DNA of 7,474 nucleotides from a virus. Taxonomy: Duplodnaviria > Heunggongvirae > Uroviricota > Caudoviricetes. Positions 1 through 6,634 of the stretch are shown here, one piece after another. The notes under the pieces were generated by a model. The model was not told the DNA's origin. It made no database searches and worked only from the letters and a program-made list of their open reading frames with translations. The stretch is from positions 1 to 7,474 of IMG/VR virus record IMGVR_UViG_2547132272_000003. One strand, 5' to 3'. A program made the translations under genes and the position numbers. Numbering within the stretch: the stretch's first letter is position 1; each line of letters starts with the position of its first letter.

Positions 1-26
1 CTTACGCTACGTACTTCTCGGGGCGC

Positions 27-632
27 TTACATCGGCGTGGCGCTCACGGTCAGACCACCTGCCGTGGTGGATGCTGACAGGGTGATGTCATTCCCCCAGG
101 CACCTTTGGTCCGGGTGGTGACCGTCAGCTGAGAGGCTTCCGATTGGTATTCCCCCGTAACCAGAAGCGAAGGCGTCTGCGTCATTGCTTCCACCAGTGC
201 CGGAATGATTTTCGACGGTCCATCACCGGTTTCCACATCCACCGAAACCTGCTCACCGGCAACCCATACCGACAGTGTTCCGCTGCTGATTGCCGTACCG
301 TTGACGGTAACTGCGCCGGTTGCTGCCTTTCCTGCGCCACTGTCTGCAATACCGATAACATCCAGTTGCAGATAGCTGTTGGCATTAATGGCCGCGCGCG
401 CCATTGCAGCGGCCAGCGAACCGGCCCCGAAATACAAATCCGCTTCGTCTTCGGAATACACGGAAACGGCATTCAGGGGCGTGGCGGTGCCGCCTGACAG
501 CATCGGGCCAATCACCAGAACACGCTGTTCGTTACCCGGCAGCGTGTTAACGGCCAGCCGGGTATTAAACTCAAAATGCACACCGGGCTTACGGATGCCG
601 CCCGAAATGGTGTCAAACTGAATTTCACTCAT
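27..632 (-). CDS. Tail sheath protein (Mu gpL-like), N-terminal portion only; ORF stops after 201 codons
   Basis: ATG at 632-630 preceded on the minus strand by AGGTGG with a 6-nt spacer, and overlapping the stop of the upstream small ORF (ATGA-type overlap). The N-terminal sequence (…RKPGVHFEFN…RVLVIGPM…FGAGSLAAAMARAA…) resembles the N-domain of contractile-tail sheath proteins, and the position after gp36/gp37/gp38 homologs matches Mu L. In-frame TAA at 29-27. Mu-family sheaths are, from memory, roughly twice this length. Confidence 0.7.
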   Translation of the reverse strand: MSEIQFDTISGGIRKPGVHFEFNTRLAVNTLPGNEQRVLVIGPMLSGGTATPLNAVSVYSEDEADLYFGAGSLAAAMARAAINANSYLQLDVIGIADSGAGKAATGAVTVNGTAISSGTLSVWVAGEQVSVDVETGDGPSKIIPALVEAMTQTPSLLVTGEYQSEASQLTVTTRTKGAWGNDITLSASTTAGGLTVSATPM

Positions 633-867
633 CGGAATCCACCTGTTTCTCTCTCTTCGCCTTCGCTTTTACCTGCACGGCGTCCTGTTCAGTCGTCACG
701 GTGGTTTCAGGCTCATCCTTCACCAGAATCAGGTCACCGTCCTGAACGGCGCGCCGGTAATAAGCGGTGTTCTCAACGGTCACCGCTTCCGTGGTGATGT
801 ATTTCCGGGCGTTATCCTCCATCGGGAACTTCATCCCGGGAGCCGCCTTAACCTTCATTTTGTTCAT
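625..867 (-). CDS. Small conserved Mu-like prophage protein at the gp38 position (80 aa), function unknown
   Basis: ORF with ATG at 867 (second in-frame ATG at 858); overlaps the 3' end of the gp37-like gene by 20 nt and the sheath start by 8 nt. Sits between the K-like and L-like genes as in Mu. Lys/Glu-rich C-terminus. Family assignment is by synteny only. Confidence 0.55.
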   Translation of the reverse strand: MNKMKVKAAPGMKFPMEDNARKYITTEAVTVENTAYYRRAVQDGDLILVKDEPETTVTTEQDAVQVKAKAKREKQVDSDE

Positions 868-1429
868 GCTGTTGCTCTCTTAATTCATCCAGACCACAGA
901 TATCTGCGCCGTATTGCGTACCAATTCGCAGTAAATCCGGGTCAGGGTCTGACAGCCTGCCGTGGTAGCGGTTGAAGAGGCGATCCGCTTCTGCGCCACG
1001 CTCCGGCCATTTGCCGTTCTCCAGCGCGTGCTCCACCCAGCGGGTATCGAACTCACAGGCAAACACGGACATTGCCCGCTCTGCCACGCCGGTGTTAAAC
1101 AGCGTCCTGACCCGCCCGGGTTCGAAATAATCAATCTCCAGCCCCAAATCCTGACCGGTCAGCAGACGACGGACGGATTCAACCAGCTGGTTTGTCCCGA
1201 CCTCATCCCGGACGGTGCCTCCCTGTCTGGCGCTCTGTTCGCTGCGGGTGTTGTAATCACCCACCACAACCACAAAGCGTCCTGTGGCAATGTATTTCCG
1301 GCGTGACGTGGAATAGCGTTCGGTTTTCACGATGCCGCCGAACGTCACCCAGGCTGCCGGAAGGCTGCGAACAATCCGGCCCGGGTCTTCATCCAGTTCA
1401 CCGGCATAGGTGCGGACATCCTGCACCAT
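848..1429 (-). CDS. Mu gp37/K-like protein (DUF1834-type, head completion/neck region); true start probably upstream at a non-canonical codon near 1483
   Basis: 193-aa ORF from the first in-frame ATG (1429). The frame stays open upstream to a TGA at 1510-1508 and encodes a plausible N-terminal extension (ILITDIERALVERLRCGLGH), with GGGAGG at 1498-1493 and overlap with the gp36-like stop (TGA 1485-1483). No ATG, GTG or TTG occurs in that extension. Synteny directly downstream of the gp36-like gene. Confidence 0.75.
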   Translation of the reverse strand: MVQDVRTYAGELDEDPGRIVRSLPAAWVTFGGIVKTERYSTSRRKYIATGRFVVVVGDYNTRSEQSARQGGTVRDEVGTNQLVESVRRLLTGQDLGLEIDYFEPGRVRTLFNTGVAERAMSVFACEFDTRWVEHALENGKWPERGAEADRLFNRYHGRLSDPDPDLLRIGTQYGADICGLDELREQQHEQNEG

Positions 1430-1482
1430 ATGCCCCAGACCACAGCGCAGACGCTCAACCAGCGCCCGTTCAATGTCAGTAA

Positions 1483-1914
1483 TCAGAATGCACCTCCCCG
1501 CGTGGACTCACGCCCGAACTGACGGGAGCCGGAGCGGATACGCACCTGTGACGATGACTGGATCACGCTGCCGGACGTATCCCGCCCGAGGTTGATTTGT
1601 CCTGCCGCGACTTTCTCCAGAAAGCGGATGGCGTCCCGGTAGCGCATCTGAATTTCTTCTGAGCAGATACGGTAATCGGTCGCCAGGTGATAACGGGCGA
1701 TATCGCAGCAGTAACCCACCAGAATCCCCGGGCTGTCAGGCCACGGGGTCCGGTAACGCCCCACCAGATAGCCATCAATCTGGGCACTGGCGCGCGCAAG
1801 CGCGGAGGCCAGTTTTTCTTCGTCGATGAATCCCGTCATGTCTTCATCCGTCAGTGTGCGTGCCTCGCGTTCACTGAATGCCCTGATGAACTGTTCCGGC
1901 GTGGCGTAAGACAT
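1483..1914 (-). CDS. Mu gp36/J-like protein (DUF1320 / Phage_Mu_Gp36 family, head-tail joining)
   Basis: 143-aa ORF; ATG at 1914 preceded by AAGGAG with a 9-nt spacer; starts 3 nt after the stop of the upstream small coiled-coil gene. Size and position match Mu J/gp36. Confidence 0.8.
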   Translation of the reverse strand: MSYATPEQFIRAFSEREARTLTDEDMTGFIDEEKLASALARASAQIDGYLVGRYRTPWPDSPGILVGYCCDIARYHLATDYRICSEEIQMRYRDAIRFLEKVAAGQINLGRDTSGSVIQSSSQVRIRSGSRQFGRESTRGGAF

Positions 1915-1917
1915 GGG

Positions 1918-2259
1918 TTACTTCTCCTTTTTGTCCGCTTTTTGTGTTTTCTGTGCGGCGTTCAGCTGTGCGGTCAGTTCACTGACTTTCTGGCGTTCTT
2001 CTTCCAGCTGCGCTGTCAGTTCGCTGACTTTCTGACGCTCGGCATCCAGCTGTGCGGCCAGCTCATCACCCCGGGCCGCGTCGTTCTGGCCGGACGCTTT
2101 ATCGCGCTCCACCACAATCAGCATGGGGTCAGCCTTCAGCACCGCCAGCTGTTCCGGGGTGAACGCATCCGCAGGCCATGCCTTCGTGGTTGCGCTGTGT
2201 GCCACACCGCAGCGGCGAAAACCCTCACGGCGGGCGGTAATTTCAATCACCTTTTCCAT
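1918..2259 (-). CDS. Small Mu-like prophage protein at the gp35 position: N-terminal globular region plus C-terminal repeat-encoded coiled-coil and Lys-rich tail
   Basis: 113-aa ORF; ATG at 2259 preceded by GGAG with a 7-nt spacer, 3 nt after the T stop (TAA 2265-2263). The C-terminal third is encoded by a 42-bp tandem repeat giving ELxAQLxxERQKVS units. Placed between the major head and gp36-like genes as in Mu. Confidence 0.7.
   Translation of the reverse strand: MEKVIEITARREGFRRCGVAHSATTKAWPADAFTPEQLAVLKADPMLIVVERDKASGQNDAARGDELAAQLDAERQKVSELTAQLEEERQKVSELTAQLNAAQKTQKADKKEK
1963..2064. repeat. In-frame 42-bp direct tandem repeat (about 2.4 copies) inside the gp35-position gene
   Basis: Unit 1 at 1963-2004 (cagctgtgcggtcagttcactgactttctggcgttcttcttc), unit 2 at 2005-2046 (cagctgcgctgtcagttcgctgactttctgacgctcggcatc), partial third copy at 2047-2064 (cagctgtgcggccagctc). 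Copies differ at a few positions. Confidence 0.85.
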
Positions 2260-2262
2260 GCA

Positions 2263-3171
2263 TTACTCCGTCGTACCATCAGAACCAAATGCCATCTGCC
2301 AGAAGCCGTAACCGCCGTTACAGCGCGCTTCGGCACCAAACAGGAACTTCTTACGCTTGAACACGTTGTCGCTGTTGTAGTCCGTCTGCTCCACAAAAAC
2401 AGGCTTTTTACGTAGCTGATAAATCAGCGGTTTCACCGGTTTGGTGGTGTCAAACAGGAACCACGCAGAATCCGACGCCAGCTCCGGCATCACCAGCACT
2501 TCGGCGGTATTGCGGTACGGGTTCGGCGTGCCGTCCGGGAACTTCTCGGCGGTCATCAGGTAGTTCGCGTCATCCTCCAGCGCCGGTGGCACAACCAGCA
2601 GATTCGGGCGAATTTTGAGGGATGCGCCTTCGTCATCTTTCAGACTACGCATGGCCGTACGGGCGGCACCGTAGGAGGCTTTCGCCTCGGCAAGCGAGCC
2701 AACTTTGAGTTTTTTGGTGCCCCTGTTGGACACCGATTTACCGGCGACCAGGTGGTCGGTATCAAAGAACATCTGACCGTCGTAACATGGATTGATAAAA
2801 CCGTTACTGATAAGGGACGCCACAATATCTGCCGGTAGCTCTGCTGCCGACTGTCCGGCTCCTTTCGCCTGAAGGGCATAGCCCATAATCTGGTCGTCCT
2901 CGATGTCGTTACGATCGACTTCAACCGTGGCTTCCCAGTCCTTGTTACGGATGGTGTAGTTAAATGCCGCCAGTGATTTGACGACCTTGTCACCAATCCA
3001 CTCGCGCATTTTCGGGAAACGACTTAACCAGCTGTAGTCGTTTTCCTTGCCGTTTGATGGCACTTCCATTGCCACCTTCTGCCAGTCAGTTGGCGACTGG
3101 TCGAAGGCTTTCTGGAAGGTGGCCTTCAGATTGATAAAAATCTGTTTGACGTTTTTAACGTTGACTAACAC
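2263..3171 (-). CDS. Major head (capsid) subunit, Mu gpT-like
   Basis: Long ORF running to 3213 in the track. I place the start at GTG 3171-3169 because AAGGAG lies 6 nt upstream and this start no longer overlaps the upstream ORF (stop 3184-3182); the in-frame GTG at 3213 and ATG at 3207 lack a Shine-Dalgarno motif. The resulting length (about 302 aa) is close to my recollection of Mu T (about 305 aa). Position after the protease/scaffold gene. Confidence 0.88.
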   Translation of the reverse strand: MLVNVKNVKQIFINLKATFQKAFDQSPTDWQKVAMEVPSNGKENDYSWLSRFPKMREWIGDKVVKSLAAFNYTIRNKDWEATVEVDRNDIEDDQIMGYALQAKGAGQSAAELPADIVASLISNGFINPCYDGQMFFDTDHLVAGKSVSNRGTKKLKVGSLAEAKASYGAARTAMRSLKDDEGASLKIRPNLLVVPPALEDDANYLMTAEKFPDGTPNPYRNTAEVLVMPELASDSAWFLFDTTKPVKPLIYQLRKKPVFVEQTDYNSDNVFKRKKFLFGAEARCNGGYGFWQMAFGSDGTTE

Positions 3172-3181
3172 GTTTTGCTCC

Positions 3182-3577
3182 TTAACTGAAATGAACCCAG
3201 ACGCCATCGCCACAGATGCCGATCACTTTCCCGGCGACAGGACGGGCGCTGCTGTTGTCGGTTTTTGCCACGGTTACGCTGTCTTCCACGTAGCACAGCT
3301 TGCCGACCTGCGATTGTGTGACCGGGTCTGAGGTGCTGTTCACCATCAGAAAATCTTTGCCGCAACGCACCAGAACGGTGACATCGCCATCGCTGCCGGT
3401 GCTGTTATCCGCCCAGCCATCAGACACGCCCAGCGTAATCTGTGAGGCCGTGGCACTGGCCGGAACGGCATAACCGGATGCGTTAACGGCCACCATATGA
3501 CCGCCAAAAATTTCGGTCGCAGCGGCAACCGGCACCGGGTTCAGCTCGCCGTCACGGTAGGGGGTATTGCGATCCAT
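3182..3577 (-). CDS. Small structural-module protein between protease/scaffold and major head genes (131 aa); possibly a capsid decoration/cement-type (DUF2190-like) protein
   Basis: ATG at 3577 directly follows the I stop (TAA 3580-3578), with AGGAG 8 nt upstream. Gly/Val/Ser/Thr-rich sequence ending …GKVIGICGDGVWVHFS. The family call is tentative, from memory of small proteins found at this position in other capsid modules. Confidence 0.6.
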   Translation of the reverse strand: MDRNTPYRDGELNPVPVAAATEIFGGHMVAVNASGYAVPASATASQITLGVSDGWADNSTGSDGDVTVLVRCGKDFLMVNSTSDPVTQSQVGKLCYVEDSVTVAKTDNSSARPVAGKVIGICGDGVWVHFS

Positions 3578-4720
3578 TTACTCATCTCCTGCGTAATAGT
3601 CGTTTCCTGCATAACGGGCGATATCTTCTGGATCAGTGCCCATCATGGAACAAATGGCGATATCGACATCGACGTCATCGCCGGTTTTAATCTGCGCCGG
3701 GGCCGGTGACGGCGTTTTGGGTGGTTTGCCGCCGGTCTGTGTCTGACTGAGCGCAACAAGTTTCGGTGCGTTCTCCAGCCAGGACTTAAAGCCGTTGATA
3801 TCGCGACCGGCGTAATCTTTCGCCCAGTCTTCCTGGGCCGGAAGCAGTCGCCCGTCAGACAGTGCCGCCTGAATCAGTGCCCCGGCTTCGGCCTCACCGG
3901 ACTGTTGCGCCAGTGCGGCATAACGCCCCTGAAGTTCTTCAAAGGCAGCGAGGGAAATGTGTTTTGACGGGTCATAGGCATTGGCTGACAGGCTGGCGAT
4001 TTGCTCGTCTTTCTGATTCAGCAGGGCCAGCAGACCAACAGAAGCCGCTGCCGTTCCTTTGCCACCAGAGACAGCATCAATAATTTTTTGCAGCTCTGCG
4101 CATACTTCCTCTGCGGTTGAGGTTTCCGGCAGCGTCAGCAGCCAGCGTAACTGCGCGAGTAAATTTGCTAATTGTTCCGGGTTCACGGTTTTGGTCTCCG
4201 TTTCAGTTGACAGACTCGCCAGACGGCTGGCCGCAGCCAGCATGACCGCGTCCATACCGTCGAGCGCAGGGGTATTGGTCAGCGCAGCGTGTAACAGCTC
4301 CAGCACTTCGCCGCGCTTGTTGTAGGCAAAAACAGGGGAAATAAACTTGTACTCACCGGCGGCAATCATGGCCGCCGCGTTCTCCGTCCACTCCACACCG
4401 GTGGCATACAGGCCCGCGCCTTCTCGCCATTCCACCTGGCTGAACCAGCCCGCCGCCGGGGCGGGCTTGCCGTTGTTTACGGCGCGCAGCGTCTGATGTT
4501 CGTAATCAATGACAAAAGGCGTGGTACGGGCTGCCACCTGCGCGACAAGCTGCGCGGCCAGTTCAGCGGTCAGCACCCATTTACCGCTTTCGACTTCATC
4601 GGTATGTGGGCGACCATCCACCGCGCTGAACTCGCCCGCCGGAAACAGCTGGATTTCGCTGTGGGTTGCTTTAGTAATTTCGAGGCTTAATGCCGCAATG
4701 TTCAGTTTCATACGCGGCAT
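3578..4720 (-). CDS. Protease/scaffold protein, Mu gpI-like (scaffold Z expected as the C-terminal portion of the same frame)
   Basis: Long ORF; frame open up to GTG at 4765. I place the start at ATG 4720 (MPRMKLNIAALSLEI…); ATG 4711 and GTG 4765 are alternatives, and none has a convincing Shine-Dalgarno motif. Size (about 380 aa), the Ala/Leu-rich helical C-terminal half typical of a scaffold, and position between G and T match Mu I/Z. Confidence 0.82.
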   Translation of the reverse strand: MPRMKLNIAALSLEITKATHSEIQLFPAGEFSAVDGRPHTDEVESGKWVLTAELAAQLVAQVAARTTPFVIDYEHQTLRAVNNGKPAPAAGWFSQVEWREGAGLYATGVEWTENAAAMIAAGEYKFISPVFAYNKRGEVLELLHAALTNTPALDGMDAVMLAAASRLASLSTETETKTVNPEQLANLLAQLRWLLTLPETSTAEEVCAELQKIIDAVSGGKGTAAASVGLLALLNQKDEQIASLSANAYDPSKHISLAAFEELQGRYAALAQQSGEAEAGALIQAALSDGRLLPAQEDWAKDYAGRDINGFKSWLENAPKLVALSQTQTGGKPPKTPSPAPAQIKTGDDVDVDIAICSMMGTDPEDIARYAGNDYYAGDE

Positions 4721-4765
4721 GATGACGGAAGGGGAACACGGGGTACTGTGGAGGGTGTTCAGCAC

Positions 4766-4919
4766 CCTGCCATAACGCGAAAGGATAAAAGGGGAAATAA
4801 AACCGTTTTTAAAACCCTTTTAAAAACGATTCTGGCGGTATTTATGGGGTGCGGTGCTGTAATGCTCATCCGTGAGGCGTTTATGTCGTCAGAGTCGATT
4901 ACAGCGCGTTTGTGGTCAT
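4766..4919 (-). promoter_or_regulatory. AT-rich spacer between G and I; candidate late promoter region (Mu P_I position) containing a perfect inverted repeat
   Basis: Only notable non-coding gap in the window and markedly AT-richer than its surroundings. In Mu the C-activated late promoter P_I lies immediately upstream of gene I. Contains TTAT/ATAA and CCCC elements (minus strand: CCCCATAAATA … TTTCCCCTTTTATCC), but I cannot match them to the C-binding consensus from memory. Confidence 0.35.
4804..4828. repeat. Perfect inverted repeat: 11-bp arms (cgtttttaaaa / ttttaaaaacg) around a 3-nt loop
   Basis: Read directly: 4804-4814 cgtttttaaaa, 4815-4817 ccc, 4818-4828 ttttaaaaacg. Each arm contains the self-complementary octamer TTTTAAAA. 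On the minus strand it is followed by GTTTTATTT. Confidence 0.85.
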
Positions 4920-5471
4920 TCAGTCAATCACACGCGCAAAATAGCGGTTTGCGGTGTTCTCCAGCTCGTCGATGTCGTCCTGCACAAGCTGAAGGAAGGG
5001 GCGCGCGGGCATGTTGACCGTATACGCTCCGACCGTTGCGCTCTGTACAAAATTACTGTTGCGCTTTTTCACAAAGCGGGTGCTGACGCTGCCGTTTTTG
5101 TACTGTTTAAAATACAGGTTCTGCGTCCGTGCCTGATGGCGGATTTCGCCGCCTTCGTTGTGGATACGGGCGTAACGGACGTTTGTCCCGACCGTGGCCT
5201 CGTTATTGTTAACCGCAGAGCGGATACTGGCAGCCAGTCGCCCGGACTTCTGAAGGATTTGCCCGGGGCCGCGTCGCTTCGCATAAGCCGGACTCCAGCC
5301 CATCCATTTCGGGCGACCCTGTTGTTCAAAGTTAGTCTCAACCGCATCCAGCATGGAACCCGCAAGCGCCGTCATCAGGTCGCGCCGGTCCTTCACGGAA
5401 CGAATCAGTTTCCCCAGCGTGGTGTTATACGCGCTTAAATCAATCTTAATATCCAGTTTACCGCTGCTCAT
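4920..5471 (-). CDS. Virion morphogenesis protein, Mu gpG-like
   Basis: 183-aa ORF; ATG at 5471 overlaps the F stop (ATGA, TGA 5470-5468) with GGAGG 4 nt upstream. Position between F and I as in Mu. Mu G is shorter from memory, so an internal start cannot be excluded, but the RBS and overlap favour 5471. Confidence 0.7.
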   Translation of the reverse strand: MSSGKLDIKIDLSAYNTTLGKLIRSVKDRRDLMTALAGSMLDAVETNFEQQGRPKWMGWSPAYAKRRGPGQILQKSGRLAASIRSAVNNNEATVGTNVRYARIHNEGGEIRHQARTQNLYFKQYKNGSVSTRFVKKRNSNFVQSATVGAYTVNMPARPFLQLVQDDIDELENTANRYFARVID

Positions 5472-6634
5472 GATGCCTCCGGTGTGTCCTGCATAACCCA
5501 GTCTGTCAGCACGTCATCCTCAACCGTCACCACCGACCAGCGGTCGCCCGACTGTAACGCATACCGCCACGCGTTGCCGTCCTGCGTGACATGCTCCGCC
5601 CGTTCGATAGTCTGCTGCATCAGCACATAGTCGGCGGCGGTCGGGGGCGCGTCTGCTGCACTGAGGCGCTTCATAACGTCAGCCGTAAGGTTTACCGTCT
5701 GCCGTGCAGCGCCCGTGGCGGCGACCTGTTCTGGTGAACGGATGGCCAGCGGATATCGCTGGCGCGCATCCAGTTCGCTGACGTTCGCCAGTCCCCGGGC
5801 AAAATCCGGCCCGGTCAGGGTGCCGGTAACATACTGGCGGGCGCTGCGGTAATCGTATTTTTCCAGTTCCGGCTGCCATGCCACTTTGCCGGGGTTAAAA
5901 CCGAAGCCCGGGTCGGCGGTATACACGGAGCCGTCCGGCATCTTCAGCCCCATTGTTCTGATGGTCTGGCCCGGCTGACCATATTCCTGTTCAACCTCAA
6001 CCAGTCGCCCATCGCTGCTCTGCACCGTCAGGCCATATTTCTCCACATCAGACGCCGAACGCGCCCGGATACGGCAGCGGCATCCGTACCCGTCCGGCGC
6101 GTAGAAATACTCCCAGACCGGGTCATCCGCCCGGGCGGTAAAACCGTTCATGGCGGCGTGTTTCGGGCGGGTGTGAAGGTCCATCACCGCCACGCGCTCA
6201 AAATAAGGCCGGTCGGCCACGTTCGCCATCTGCTGCTGATAGCGTCCGGCGTTGTAGGACGACTGAATGTTGGTATCAAATATCGTGCGCAACCGGCGCG
6301 GCGTCAGCTGCCTGCCGTGCAGTTCGCCGGTGTCCTCGTCCACAATCAGCCGTTTACCCAGCCAGCCTTTTTTCTCCAGTAACGGCTCCAGTTGTGCAGC
6401 AAACTCCCGGAACGTCCCGCCGTCAGCCAGTGCCGCCGTCAGGCCGTCACGGATATCCTTCAGCACATCCAGTTTCAGCACACCCGCCACCGTGAACGCC
6501 CGGGCGTGTGCGATGTCCTTCACATCGTGCCAGCGGAAGCCGATAACGTATCCCTTGCTTTCGAAATACGTAATCGCTTCTTCCGGTTTCAGGGTGTACG
6601 CATACCCCAGGTCAACATCGTCAGCTGTCGGCAT
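5468..6634 (-). CDS. Head morphogenesis protein, Mu gpF-like (Phage_Mu_F family)
   Basis: 388-aa ORF; ATG at 6634 overlaps the portal 3' end by 14 nt; G-rich stretch (GGGGG) 7 nt upstream. Position directly downstream of the portal gene, as for Mu F/gp30. Confidence 0.8.
   Translation of the reverse strand: MPTADDVDLGYAYTLKPEEAITYFESKGYVIGFRWHDVKDIAHARAFTVAGVLKLDVLKDIRDGLTAALADGGTFREFAAQLEPLLEKKGWLGKRLIVDEDTGELHGRQLTPRRLRTIFDTNIQSSYNAGRYQQQMANVADRPYFERVAVMDLHTRPKHAAMNGFTARADDPVWEYFYAPDGYGCRCRIRARSASDVEKYGLTVQSSDGRLVEVEQEYGQPGQTIRTMGLKMPDGSVYTADPGFGFNPGKVAWQPELEKYDYRSARQYVTGTLTGPDFARGLANVSELDARQRYPLAIRSPEQVAATGAARQTVNLTADVMKRLSAADAPPTAADYVLMQQTIERAEHVTQDGNAWRYALQSGDRWSVVTVEDDVLTDWVMQDTPEAS

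Noticed and set aside
1687-2415. 242-aa plus-strand ORF antisense to the gp36-like, gp35-position and T genes
   Set aside because: Same reasoning: biased Cys/Arg/Phe/Leu-rich composition, no start context, and it overlaps three well-supported genes on the opposite strand.
3172-3213. GTG 3213 or ATG 3207 as the start of the major head gene
   Set aside because: Neither has a Shine-Dalgarno motif and both would overlap the upstream ORF, whereas GTG 3171 has AAGGAG at ideal spacing.
4804-4828. Inverted repeat as a rho-independent terminator for the G transcript
   Set aside because: The stem is almost entirely A/T (one terminal C-G pair) and the following T-tract is interrupted (GTTTTATTT), so it would be a weak terminator. 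I treat it instead as a possible protein-binding site.
4748-5017. 89-aa plus-strand ORF spanning the G-I spacer and running antisense into G
   Set aside because: No convincing RBS. Most of it is antisense to the G coding sequence, and the spacer is better explained as the promoter region for the I-T operon.
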